NCBI GenBank assembly: GCA_002297365.1
Contig: DBKT01000012.1
Coordinates: 22,941 to 86,940, forward strand
Direction: 5' to 3'
From: Bacillales bacterium UBA743
GTDB taxonomy: Bacteria > Bacillota_I > Bacilli_A > RFN20 > CAG-826
DNA length: 64,000 nt
This document shows positions 25,447-34,625 of the stretch, piece by piece. The stretch's first letter is position 1; each line of letters begins with the position of its first letter. The notes beneath the pieces are model-generated. The model was not told the origin of the DNA, did not search any database, and was given only the letters and a program-made list of their open reading frames with translations. Position numbers and translations under genes: made by a program.

Positions 25447-28400
25447 TTATTCGTTATGAGAGAGGTCACTTGTTGTGGTAAGCCCCTCTTCAGCAGCAGA
25501 TTGCAACGTATCGTCGAGAGAGTTTTCCTCTTCTTCTGGAGTCTCATCTTCGCTCACGTTTCCATGATTGCTAGAGAGGTTACGGATAGCGGAATTAATC
25601 TTTCTTTCTTCGATTAAAGCGTCTTTCACGAGGTTATCCATGTTGATGGTTTCGCCACTCTTATCATAAAGGGTGACATCCATGCAAAGGCCTTTGAGTT
25701 CTTTCGTGAAAACTTTGAAGGCTTCTGGCATGCCGGCTTTTGGAAGAGGGTTGCCTTTGATGATTGCCTCATAAGTCTTTCTTCTTCCGACGCGATCATC
25801 GGATTTGATGGTCATCATTTCTTGGAGGGTATGGGCTGCGCCATAAGCTTCCAAAGCCCAGACTTCCATTTCGCCGAAACGCTGACCGCCGTTTTGTGCC
25901 TTACCGCCAAGAGGCTGCAAGGTGATTAAGCTATATGGACCGACGCTACGGGCGTGCAATTTATCATCGACCATGTGGTTGAGTTTAATCATGTACTGGA
26001 CGCCAACGGCGATACGTTCAGGATAACGCTCACCGGTTTGCCCATCATAGAGAATGGTTTTGCCATCGCTAGATAATCCGGCTTGGACCATGAGTTTGGA
26101 GATTTCTTCGCTGGTTAAGCCATCGAAGACTGGCGTAGCCACTCTCATATTGAGTTTGCGGCACGCTAAGCCAAGCTGCACTTCGAAGACCTGACCGATA
26201 TTCATACGGGAAGGAACGCCCATTGGGGAAAGCATCATATCAATTGGGGTGCCATCTGGCAAGAAGGGCATATCTTCCACCGGAAGAATCTTCGAGATGA
26301 CGCCTTTATTACCGTGACGTCCGGACATCTTGTCACCTTCGGAGATTTTTCTCTTTTGGATGATGTAGACGCGAATCTTTTCAATAACGCCTGGAGCAAG
26401 TGGGTCTTTATGGCGACGTGAGAAGCACTTGACTTTCAAAACAATGCCTTGCCCACCATGAGGAACACGGAGGGAAGTATCTTTGGCTTCGTTCACTTTT
26501 TCAGCGAAGATGGACATTAAGAGCTTCTCTTCTGGAGTTGGATCGACTCTGCCTTTTGGTGTGGTCTTACCAACAAGGATATCTCCTTCTTTGACTTCAG
26601 CACCAGGAATGATGATGCCTCTTTCATCGAGGTATTTCTTAGCGTCTTCGCCAACGTTTGGAATATCGCGAGTGATTTCTTCGGAGTCTCCTCCTTTGAT
26701 TTCACGGCATTCGACATCATAGACTTCGATATGGATAGAAGTATAGGTGTCGTCTTTGATCATTTTTTCAGACATGATAACGGCGTCTTCATAGTTGTAG
26801 CCGTTCCAAGTCATATAAGCGATAAGGAGGTTATGTCCTAAAGCCAATTCGCCATTCTTCATGGATGGGCCATCGGCAATGACATCGCCTTTCTTAATTT
26901 GATCGCCTTCATGGACGATTGGAGTCTGGTTGATGCACGTGCCTTGGTTCGAACGCTCGAATTTGCGTAAGAAATAGGTATGCTCTCCTTCTTCCTCTTT
27001 GACGGTGATTTCTGTGCTATCGACATAGGTGACAAGGCCATCTTCTCTAGCGACCACCGCTAATCCCGAGTCATGGGCAACAGAACGTTCCATGCCGGTT
27101 GCGACATAGGGGAGTTCTGGTTGAAGCAATGGAAGAGCCTGACGCTGCATGTTCGCGCCCATCAAAGCACGGGTGGAGTCATCATGTTCGAGGAATGGAA
27201 TGCAAGCGGCTGCGACAGAAACGATTTGCTTTGGGGAAACGTCAACGTAAGAGATAAGCTGTTTGCTCACGATGATGTTGTCATCGTCGTGTCTTGAAAC
27301 CACTTCATCATCCAGGATTTCTTTGACGATTTCTTTCTTTCCGTCGATGGTCAATTCCATCGGTTCGGAAGTATTCATATTCGCTTCAGCGATATAAAGT
27401 CCTTTTTCATCATCGGCAGAAAGATATTCGGCCTCATCCGAAACATAGACATGGGTGATGCCGTCTTTATCGGTGATTTTGAAGACTTTGCGGTATGGAG
27501 TCTCAATAAAACCTAATTTATTGATTTTCGCATAGGTTGATAAGTTGTTGATCAAGCCAACGTTCTGACCTTCTGGAGTTTCAATAGGGCAAATACGGCC
27601 ATAGTGGGTGTAGTGAACATCACGCACGGCCATGGTTGTTCTTTCACGGGTAAGGCCACCAGGTCCCAAAGCGGAAAGACGGCGCTTATTGGCAAGTTCC
27701 GAAAGAGGGTTGACTTGGTCCATAAGCTGCGAAAGCTGAGAAGTATTGAAGAATTCATGAATAGAGGAAGTCAGAGGGCGAATAGAAACAAAGGCTTGTG
27801 GCTTTGCTTCGGAGAAATCCACGGTCGTGTTCATTCTTTGAATGATTGTCTTGCTCATCTTGGTAAGGCCCATGCGGAATTGATTCTGCAAGAGCTCGCC
27901 AACGCAGCGCACACGACGATTCCCTAGATTATCGATATCATCTAAGCTCCCAATGCCTTCACGCACGTTCTCGAAATAGGAGAAGCAAGCGAGAATATCA
28001 GGCACCGCAAGGCAAAGAAGAGGCTTTGTTCCTTCGATGATGCCGGAAAGTTCCAAAGAGGTGCCGATGATATTGACGACTTTTTCGCTTTTTTTGTCTT
28101 TGGCATGCACTTTAACGATATTGATTTTGGTAGATCCGATCGCAAAATCCGGATTGATTTTGTCAGCCAGATCTTTTTCCATGGCGCCTTGCTCGAAGAA
28201 TTCTTCGTCACGAAGCATTTCCACGTCTTCTTTGGTTAAAGTATAGCCTGCAACCATGGCTTCGCCATTTTTATTCATGGCGATTTCGCCATTGGCAGAA
28301 ATAAGAGGCTCGGCAAGAACGCGTCCCGCTAAACGGCCATAAATTCCAAGTTTTTGAGTAAGTTTAAAACGACCTGCCCGGCCTAAGTCATAACGTTTTT

Positions 28401-29226
28401 CATCAAAGAAACGTTGAACTAAGAAATTAATCGTTCCTTCTTTGGTGACAGGTTCGCCCGGTTTTAATTTCTTAAAGATTTCGATCAAGGCTTTATTTGC
28501 ATTGTCTCTCGCCTTGTCTTTATTGATGGTATTGACCAAAGCTTCGGAATCACCAAATAAATCGGTGATATCTTCTTCAGAAAAGCCTAAGGCTTTGAAG
28601 ATGATCGTCGCAGGCAATTTGTGCGAAGCGTTCTGCGAATGGTCAATATCGACGAAAATGAGTCCTTTGTTTGTGTTCTCGAATTCGATCCAGGTTCCTC
28701 TGGTAGGAATTAACTCGGCATGATACTCAACGCCTTTTTCATTTGGATTCTCAAAATAGGCGCCAGCGGAACGAATGATCTGAGAAACGACGACTTTTTC
28801 GGTGCCGTTGATAATGAAGGTACCACTGCTTGTCATCATTGGGACATCGCCCATGTAGACTTCAGATTTTTTAATTTGGCCATCTTCTTTGTTTCTTAAT
28901 AAGAGAGTGGCCTTCAGTTTGCTGCAATAGGTTAAATCTTCTTCTTTGCATTCAAGAGGCTTATATTCAGGCTCTTCAAAATGGCAGCTTTCGTATTCCA
29001 AAGAAATTGTTTCGTTATTGTTGACAATCGGGAATACTTCTCTAAAAACTTCGTCAATTCCGGTTTCTTTGAACCAATTGAAAGATTTGGTTTGGACAGC
29101 GACCAAGTAAGGAAGTTCCAAAGAGCCGGAAATCTTTCCGAAATTGACACGATGGTTAAGGCCGACAGGATAGTTCTTTCCGTTTGGGCCTGGGAATTCG
29201 GTTAGGAATTGTTTTTCATTTGGCAT
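25447..29226 (-). CDS. rpoB: DNA-directed RNA polymerase subunit beta
   Basis: Conserved blocks ...FFNTSQLSQLMDQVNPLSELANKRRLSALGPGGL..., GRHGNKGVISKILP, and an acidic C-terminal tail. Length is 1259 aa. Confidence 0.98.
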   Translation of the reverse strand: MPNEKQFLTEFPGPNGKNYPVGLNHRVNFGKISGSLELPYLVAVQTKSFNWFKETGIDEVFREVFPIVNNNETISLEYESCHFEEPEYKPLECKEEDLTYCSKLKATLLLRNKEDGQIKKSEVYMGDVPMMTSSGTFIINGTEKVVVSQIIRSAGAYFENPNEKGVEYHAELIPTRGTWIEFENTNKGLIFVDIDHSQNASHKLPATIIFKALGFSEEDITDLFGDSEALVNTINKDKARDNANKALIEIFKKLKPGEPVTKEGTINFLVQRFFDEKRYDLGRAGRFKLTQKLGIYGRLAGRVLAEPLISANGEIAMNKNGEAMVAGYTLTKEDVEMLRDEEFFEQGAMEKDLADKINPDFAIGSTKINIVKVHAKDKKSEKVVNIIGTSLELSGIIEGTKPLLCLAVPDILACFSYFENVREGIGSLDDIDNLGNRRVRCVGELLQNQFRMGLTKMSKTIIQRMNTTVDFSEAKPQAFVSIRPLTSSIHEFFNTSQLSQLMDQVNPLSELANKRRLSALGPGGLTRERTTMAVRDVHYTHYGRICPIETPEGQNVGLINNLSTYAKINKLGFIETPYRKVFKITDKDGITHVYVSDEAEYLSADDEKGLYIAEANMNTSEPMELTIDGKKEIVKEILDDEVVSRHDDDNIIVSKQLISYVDVSPKQIVSVAAACIPFLEHDDSTRALMGANMQRQALPLLQPELPYVATGMERSVAHDSGLAVVAREDGLVTYVDSTEITVKEEEGEHTYFLRKFERSNQGTCINQTPIVHEGDQIKKGDVIADGPSMKNGELALGHNLLIAYMTWNGYNYEDAVIMSEKMIKDDTYTSIHIEVYDVECREIKGGDSEEITRDIPNVGEDAKKYLDERGIIIPGAEVKEGDILVGKTTPKGRVDPTPEEKLLMSIFAEKVNEAKDTSLRVPHGGQGIVLKVKCFSRRHKDPLAPGVIEKIRVYIIQKRKISEGDKMSGRHGNKGVISKILPVEDMPFLPDGTPIDMMLSPMGVPSRMNIGQVFEVQLGLACRKLNMRVATPVFDGLTSEEISKLMVQAGLSSDGKTILYDGQTGERYPERIAVGVQYMIKLNHMVDDKLHARSVGPYSLITLQPLGGKAQNGGQRFGEMEVWALEAYGAAHTLQEMMTIKSDDRVGRRKTYEAIIKGNPLPKAGMPEAFKVFTKELKGLCMDVTLYDKSGETINMDNLVKDALIEERKINSAIRNLSSNHGNVSEDETPEEEENSLDDTLQSAAEEGLTTTSDLSHNE

Positions 29227-29842
29227 TGATACTGCTCCTTTTAAATGATGATTGAATGACGTAATAACCTTTTTTGCGAGCTAACACATTGACCGAAGGG
29301 AAGATCGTTTCTAGATGTTCCTTCACAGAGAGAGCTCCTTGTTCTTTACGAATGACGATGATTAAGGAAGCATTCTCATTCATGTGAGATGGCGCTTCGT
29401 CATAAATACGGTAAGTGACTCGTTTTCCCGCTCTTATCGGTGGGTTAGAGATTATCGAATCATAGGTGGAGTGTATGTTGAGGTAAACGTCGCTATGAAC
29501 GATCTCGGTTTGAGAGGAGACGCCAAGATGTTTGGCGTTTCTTTCGCAAAGCTCGAGGGCCCGGTCATTAATATCCGCAAGCGTAACTTGTTTCTCCGGG
29601 TCGAGGTGAGCGAGGATGAGTCCTATCGGTCCCGCTCCACACCCAAGGTCAAGTGTTCTTTTTCCAAGAGGAATTCGGTTTTCGAGAATTGTTTTTAGCA
29701 ATAATTCCGTTCCGAAATCCAGTTTGTTTTTAGAAAACACTCCTTTGTCGCTAAAGAAGGAGTAATGCTCATTAAGAAGATCAAACTCAATAGTGATGCT
29801 TTGATGTTCCATTCCTTCCACGTTATCGAAGTATTGGGGCAT
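29216..29842 (-). CDS. Class I SAM-dependent methyltransferase, RsmC/YbxB-like
   Basis: LDLGCGAGPIGLILA (motif I), ADINDRALE, and SNPPIRAGK (NPPxH/R-type motif IV). Position between rplL and rpoB matches B. subtilis ybxB. The gene overlaps the rpoB start by 11 nt. Confidence 0.8.
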   Translation of the reverse strand: MPQYFDNVEGMEHQSITIEFDLLNEHYSFFSDKGVFSKNKLDFGTELLLKTILENRIPLGKRTLDLGCGAGPIGLILAHLDPEKQVTLADINDRALELCERNAKHLGVSSQTEIVHSDVYLNIHSTYDSIISNPPIRAGKRVTYRIYDEAPSHMNENASLIIVIRKEQGALSVKEHLETIFPSVNVLARKKGYYVIQSSFKRSSINAK

Positions 29843-29863
29843 TTTTTCTTTCTCCTTTAAAGC

Positions 29864-29907
29864 GTCAAAACCCTACCCACAGGCGACGAGTAGTCCATGG
29901 GCAGGGT
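29864..29907 (-). terminator. Hairpin plus T-run between rplL and the methyltransferase-rpoBC genes (attenuator/terminator)
   Basis: 10-bp stem ACCCTACCCA/TGGGCAGGGT (one G-U pair in the RNA), followed on the minus strand by TTTTGA. Confidence 0.5.
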
Positions 29908-29931
29908 AAAAATCAAAATTGGGAAACGAAA

Positions 29932-30315
29932 CTATTTGATTTCCGCTTCGGCACCAGCATCGGTGAGAGTCTTCTTGTAAGCTTCTGCTTCGACAGGAGA
30001 GATCTTCTCTTTGATGGCGACTGGAGCAGCATCGACGAGTTTCTTCGCATCCATTAAGCCTAAACCAGTGATGGTTTGGACAACTTTGATAACAGCGACT
30101 TTGCCAGCGGTTCCAAGTCCCTTTAAGAATAAGGAGACTTCGGTTGGTCCTTTGGCGACTGGGCCTTCTTCTTCAGCTGGAGCGGCAGCGGCAGTTGGAG
30201 CAGCGGCGGTAACGCCGAATTCAGCACAAACGGCATCGACAAGAGCCTTGAGCTCAAGGGCGGTCATTTGTTTAAGGGTGTCAATGATTTGTTCATTAGT
30301 TAATTTTTCAGCCAT
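29932..30315 (-). CDS. rplL: 50S ribosomal protein L7/L12
   Basis: MAEKLTNEQIIDTLKQMTALELKALVDAVCAEFGV..., an Ala/Pro hinge, and a C-terminal domain ...KVVQTITGLGLMDAKKLVD. Confidence 0.97.
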   Translation of the reverse strand: MAEKLTNEQIIDTLKQMTALELKALVDAVCAEFGVTAAAPTAAAAPAEEEGPVAKGPTEVSLFLKGLGTAGKVAVIKVVQTITGLGLMDAKKLVDAAPVAIKEKISPVEAEAYKKTLTDAGAEAEIK

Positions 30316-30334
30316 TGTTTTTTCCTCCTAGAAA

Positions 30335-30844
30335 TTAGTTGGCTGCTGGGGCTTCCGCTCCAGCCTTTTCGTTAATCGAGTTAACGACTCTGGCAAAGCC
30401 AGCGATAGGTTCGTTGAGAACCATGCAGAACATAGAGAGCAATGCTTCCTTGGTAGGGAGTTTTGCGACTTCTTTCATGCCTTTAGCGTCTACGACTTTC
30501 CCTTCGACGAGGCCACCGCGTAAAACGAGGTGTTCGTGGTAACGGGCGAATTTGTAGAGGATTTTGGCAGCGCTAGTAACATCTTCAGAGAAGACTAACG
30601 CATTCGGTCCTTCAAGAACATCATCTAAGCCGGTGATTCCTTCATCAGAGAGAGCGCGACGGATTAAGGTATTCTTGTAAACACCCATCTTGGCGTTTTT
30701 CTCAGCTAGGCTACGACGGAGTTCCATTGTTTCCGCAACAGTTAAGCCTTGATAAGAAACAATAGCGATGGTCTTGCTGGATTTTAAGCCTTCGGAAATT
30801 TCCTTGACGGAATTTTTCTTAGCTTGAAGTGCAGTTGCATTCAT
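30335..30844 (-). CDS. rplJ: 50S ribosomal protein L10
   Basis: MNATALQAKKNSVKEISEGLKSSKTIAIVSYQGLTVAETMELRRSL.... Confidence 0.96.
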   Translation of the reverse strand: MNATALQAKKNSVKEISEGLKSSKTIAIVSYQGLTVAETMELRRSLAEKNAKMGVYKNTLIRRALSDEGITGLDDVLEGPNALVFSEDVTSAAKILYKFARYHEHLVLRGGLVEGKVVDAKGMKEVAKLPTKEALLSMFCMVLNEPIAGFARVVNSINEKAGAEAPAAN

Positions 30845-30993
30845 ACTGTGTTCCTCCTTTCTTAATATATATGTGAAGCTTGGTATAACTAGTGAGTTAT
30901 GTGAATTTGTAACCTCAGCAACGTGGATTATTAAGACATATGTCCGTTGCTATCTTAGGAATAACAAGCAATTCACCGAATTGGTGGCCAGAA
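30845..30993 (-). promoter_or_regulatory. rplJ 5-prime leader, possible L10(L12)4 autoregulatory leader
   Basis: A 149-nt untranslated spacer between rplA and rplJ containing the hairpin GCAACG...CGTTGC. The call is by analogy with Firmicutes L10 leaders; no covariance model was run. Confidence 0.35.
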
Positions 30994-31683
30994 TTAGTTT
31001 CTGGTTGGGAAGGTAATTTTCATACCTGGACCCATGGTGGTGTGAACCACTGCGGTCTTGATATAAATACCTTTGACGGATGCTGGACGGGATTTCACAA
31101 TAGCGTCGATCATGGCTTGCATATTGTCGACGATGTCAGCTTCAGGGAAGGAGACACGGGCGATGGAAACGTTGAGATTGCCATCCTTGTCGACACGGTA
31201 AGAAATCTTACCTTTCTTAATCTCGGTGATGGCTTTGCCAATCTCCATGGAGACGGTGCCAGTCTTTGGGTTTGGCATTAAGCCTTTAGGGCCTAAGAGA
31301 CGACCCATTTTTCCGAGCTCGCCCATCATATCTGGGGTAGCGACGATGATGTCGAATCCAAACCAGTTTTCGTTTTGGATCTTTTCAAGCATCTCTTTGC
31401 CACCGACAAAGTCAGCGCCAGCAGTTTTCGCTTCTTCTTGCTTCACGTTGGTGACGGCGAGAATTTTCTTGGTTTTGCCATTTCCATGAGGAAGAACCAA
31501 GGTTCCACGGATTAATTGATCAGCCAAGGTTGGGTTCACGTTTAACGCGAAGGAAATATCAACGGTGGAATCAAATTTCGTGATGCTGGTCTTCTTTAGA
31601 AGAGCAGCGGCTTCTTCGAGGGTGTATTCCTTGTTTTCGTCAACAAGTTTCTTAGCAGCAATATATTTCTTTCCTTGTTTCAT
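30994..31683 (-). CDS. rplA: 50S ribosomal protein L1
   Basis: MKQGKKYIAAKKLVDENKEYTLEEAAALLKK...PHGNGKTKKILAV. Confidence 0.97.
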   Translation of the reverse strand: MKQGKKYIAAKKLVDENKEYTLEEAAALLKKTSITKFDSTVDISFALNVNPTLADQLIRGTLVLPHGNGKTKKILAVTNVKQEEAKTAGADFVGGKEMLEKIQNENWFGFDIIVATPDMMGELGKMGRLLGPKGLMPNPKTGTVSMEIGKAITEIKKGKISYRVDKDGNLNVSIARVSFPEADIVDNMQAMIDAIVKSRPASVKGIYIKTAVVHTTMGPGMKITFPTRN

Positions 31684-31698
31684 ACTGGTGCTCCCTCA

Positions 31699-32115
31699 TT
31701 ATTTTGCATCGACTGTGACGCCCATTTGGCGAGCACTGCCGGCAACGATCTTTTTCGCAGCTTCGATGTCATTGGCGTTAAGATCAGGCATCTTGTATTG
31801 CGCGATTTCCTCAAGTTGAGCTTGAGAGATATGTCCCACTTTGGTTTTGTTCGGGACGCCAGAACCTTTGCTGATTCCAGCAGCTTTGAGAATCAAATCG
31901 GTGACTGGCGTCGTTTTGATGACGAAGTCATAGGATTTGTCTTCATAAGCGGTGATGATGACAGGAACCGTGGTTCCTTTTCTGTCGGCCGTTTTTGCAT
32001 TGAAGTCAGTGCAGAATTTGGCCATTTGAACGCCTGCGGAAGCAAGCTTTGGTCCTGGATGGGCATCTCCACCTGGGAGTTCCATCTTAAGGACTTTGAC
32101 GATTTTCTTTGCCAT
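31699..32115 (-). CDS. rplK: 50S ribosomal protein L11
   Basis: [42 protein letters not shown].... Confidence 0.97.
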   Translation of the reverse strand: MAKKIVKVLKMELPGGDAHPGPKLASAGVQMAKFCTDFNAKTADRKGTTVPVIITAYEDKSYDFVIKTTPVTDLILKAAGISKGSGVPNKTKVGHISQAQLEEIAQYKMPDLNANDIEAAKKIVAGSARQMGVTVDAK

Positions 32116-32208
32116 ATTGTCCTCCTTAAATGACGATATGCAGTGGCTTAAACGAACCCTCGTCGGAAGGCTCTACCACGCTGCACGCTAAAATACGCGT
32201 GCTCAAGT

Positions 32209-32237
32209 ATTATACGTGCGCGGGAAAGGCTTTACAA
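32209..32237 (-). promoter_or_regulatory. Candidate sigma-70 promoter of the rplKA(JL) operon
   Basis: On the minus strand, TTGTAA (32232-32237), a 17-nt spacer and TATAAT (32209-32214), about 90 nt upstream of the rplK ATG. Confidence 0.55.
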
Positions 32238-32262
32238 CCGCAATTTTTATAAGTGAATTTTT

Positions 32263-32279
32263 TTGTGCACAATGCACAA
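32263..32279. promoter_or_regulatory. Perfect palindrome TTGTGCA-CAA-TGCACAA (copy 1), about 26 nt upstream of the rplK -35
   Basis: Exact 7+3+7 inverted repeat. A second copy lies at 56204-56222. Confidence 0.6.
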
Positions 32280-32312
32280 TTTTATCAAACAATCGTCAAT
32301 TCCAAAGAGGTT

Positions 32313-34226
32313 TCATTTGACCTTATATGCCAGTAAGGAAACGGAGCTTGCAACCATAAGAAGCGTCACGCCAGTATCAGCAAAAACCGCAATCATGAGA
32401 GGGAAGGAGGGAATCAAGATGGAACAAACGGCAATGGCCAATTTGATAAAAAGAGAGGCAACGACGTTGAATAGGGCTCTATTTCTTGTGGCTTTGGCGA
32501 TTTTCTTGGCGGTGACTATCTTTGAGATATCGTCGTTCATGATAACGATATTGGCATTTTCCACGGCGAGATCGCTTCCGACCCCGCCCATTGCGATGCC
32601 CACGTCCGCAAGAGCGATGCTTGGCGCGTCATTGATGCCATCACCAACGTAAGCCACCGCCTTTTCTCCAGTCAGTTTTTCCTTCAATGCGGCCGTTTTT
32701 TCTTCTGGGAGAAGTTCGGAATGGACTTCGTCGATTTGAAGTTCAGAAGCTACCCTTGATGCGTTTTCTTTTTTATCCCCCGTCAGCATGATCGACTTCA
32801 CTCCCATTCCATGGAGAGCTTGGATTGTTTTGAAAGAGTTTTCTTTAATTTCGTCGTTCAAAAGGAGATACCCTCTATATTTTCCATCCATTGCAAGATA
32901 GACGATGGTCCCCACCGCATCCGCTTTTGCAAAGGAAACGTTGTTTTCTTTAAGAAGCTTTTCGTTCCCCGCTAAGAGCTTATGGCCATCATAAGTGAGA
33001 ATCTCTCCATATCCCGCTTTTTCGGTATATTCAGAAATTTTCTCGCTATAGGGCGCAAGATTTCTTTCCCCGACGATGGCTTTGGCGATAGGGTGGTTGG
33101 AGCGAGATTCCGCAGCAATCATGTATTCTTGAAATTTTTCGAGGGGAATACCTACTGGATGATATTCTTCGACGATGAATTTCCCATACGTTAATGTGCC
33201 CGTCTTATCCGTGACAAGCATGCCTAAACGGTTAAGCTCATCAAAATAGGATCCCCCCTTGACAATGATGCCGTATTTTGAAGCGAGACCAATTCCGGCG
33301 AAATAAGCAAGAGGGACAGAGACAACCACTGCGCAAGGGCAGGAAATAACCAAGATAGAAACGCCGATGCGAATCCATTCTTTCCATGTTTCGAGATTAT
33401 CCATTCCGATGCAAAGAGGGGGGATTATGGCCATAAGAAGAGCGATCATTACCACGATTGGGGTGTAAATCTTAGCGAATTTTGTGATGAATTTGTCCGC
33501 TTTCGATTTAGCGCCATTGCTTTCTTCCACCAAAGCGATAATCCTGCTAACCGTGAAATCTTCGTAAGATTTATTTACACGTACTTGGAGGGAACCGCTT
33601 TTAAGAATGGTTCCTGAATTTACAAAACCCCCTTCTTTTTTCGTCACCAAATTAAATTCTCCGGTCAAGGAAGACATGTCAATGTCTCCGTTTCCTGAAA
33701 GAATCACGCCGTCTGCAGGAACGATTTCACCGACTTTTACGAGGATTTCATCGCCAACGGAAAGATTCTTCGGATCGACGGAAATGATTTTCCCATCCTT
33801 TAAAAGAGAGGCTCTTTTGGCTCTAAGCCCCACGGCATTCGTGATGGCTTCATGGCTTTTATCCGTTGCCAAGTCTTCGAAAATATCGCCAAGCTGGAAA
33901 AGGAAGGCGACCATGAATGCCTCAAAGAATTCATTGCCGAAAATTTCGTTTTCGTCTTTGCCAAAAAGCCGAAGGCAGAAAGCGCCGATAGAGGCGATAA
34001 GCATCAACATGTTCTCATCAAAGGGATTCTTTTCTTTGATGAGGGATTGAAAGGCCTTGTATGCAATGTCATAGCCAACGATAAGCCATGCGATGGCCAT
34101 GACAGCAAAATTCACCCAAACGCCGAAATTTGTTTCGTTTAGATAGAAAAGACCCAACAAAGCGAGAATCAGGGCGATGGCTAAGCGGATGGAATTAATG
34201 AGTATTTCCTTCTTTTCTTCAGACAT
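32313..34226 (-). CDS. Heavy-metal P1B-type ATPase (Cd/Zn/Co-type), no N-terminal HMA domain
   Basis: CPC motif (ISCPCAVVVSVP), DKTGTLT, SNHPIAKAI, TGDKKENA, GDGINDAP. The start was set to the ATG at 34226 (MSEEKKEIL), which is preceded by AAGGGAG and lies 1 nt after the arsR-family stop. Confidence 0.9.
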   Translation of the reverse strand: MSEEKKEILINSIRLAIALILALLGLFYLNETNFGVWVNFAVMAIAWLIVGYDIAYKAFQSLIKEKNPFDENMLMLIASIGAFCLRLFGKDENEIFGNEFFEAFMVAFLFQLGDIFEDLATDKSHEAITNAVGLRAKRASLLKDGKIISVDPKNLSVGDEILVKVGEIVPADGVILSGNGDIDMSSLTGEFNLVTKKEGGFVNSGTILKSGSLQVRVNKSYEDFTVSRIIALVEESNGAKSKADKFITKFAKIYTPIVVMIALLMAIIPPLCIGMDNLETWKEWIRIGVSILVISCPCAVVVSVPLAYFAGIGLASKYGIIVKGGSYFDELNRLGMLVTDKTGTLTYGKFIVEEYHPVGIPLEKFQEYMIAAESRSNHPIAKAIVGERNLAPYSEKISEYTEKAGYGEILTYDGHKLLAGNEKLLKENNVSFAKADAVGTIVYLAMDGKYRGYLLLNDEIKENSFKTIQALHGMGVKSIMLTGDKKENASRVASELQIDEVHSELLPEEKTAALKEKLTGEKAVAYVGDGINDAPSIALADVGIAMGGVGSDLAVENANIVIMNDDISKIVTAKKIAKATRNRALFNVVASLFIKLAIAVCSILIPSFPLMIAVFADTGVTLLMVASSVSLLAYKVK

Positions 34227-34227
34227 G

Positions 34228-34533
34228 CTATTCTCCCTTTTTCTCACTGGCGTGCTCATATACGACTTGAATGAGTTCGTTAATATGATGATCGGAAAGA
34301 ATGTAGAAGGACTTTCTCCCCTCCTTACGAACGCTTACCAAACGATGTTTCCTCAAGACCTCTAACTGATGAGAAACGAGGGATTGCGAAGCTCCGACGA
34401 GAGTAACGATTTCACCGACGTTATGTTCCTCCTCTGCAATCGATAACATAATCTTTAAGCGAGTCGAATCGCTTGCGACGCTAAGCAAATCTTCCATCGC
34501 GTCAAGAATTTTTTCGCTGGGTAATGAAGACAT
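34228..34533 (-). CDS. ArsR/SmtB-family metal-responsive transcriptional repressor
   Basis: LKIMLSIAEEEHNVGEIVTLVGASQSLVSHQLEVLRKHRLVSVRKEGRKSFYIL, a canonical wHTH. It is co-transcribed with the ATPase. Confidence 0.88.
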   Translation of the reverse strand: MSSLPSEKILDAMEDLLSVASDSTRLKIMLSIAEEEHNVGEIVTLVGASQSLVSHQLEVLRKHRLVSVRKEGRKSFYILSDHHINELIQVVYEHASEKKGE

Positions 34534-34619
34534 ATATGAACTTCCTTCATATTTACAGCAATGATTATAATGAATGGTTATTCATATATCAATATAAATA
34601 TGAAAGATTGTTCATATTT
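34534..34619 (-). promoter_or_regulatory. arsR-ATPase promoter with three ATGAA/TTCAT inverted repeats (candidate operators)
   Basis: -35 TTGATA (34587-34592), a 17-nt spacer, -10 TATAAT (34564-34569). IR1 is ATATGAA-N5-TTCATAT (34534-34552, spanning the RBS). IR2 is ATGAAT-N4-ATTCAT (34570-34585, inside the spacer). IR3 is AAATATGAA-N6-TTCATATTT (34596-34619). Confidence 0.55.
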
Positions 34620-34625
34620 AAAAGG

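Noticed and set aside
32263-32652. Plus-strand 129-aa ORF that starts inside palindrome copy 1.
   Set aside because: It lies entirely antisense to the 3-prime end of the P-type ATPase gene, starts with TTG, has no SD and shows no motif. It is a shadow ORF.
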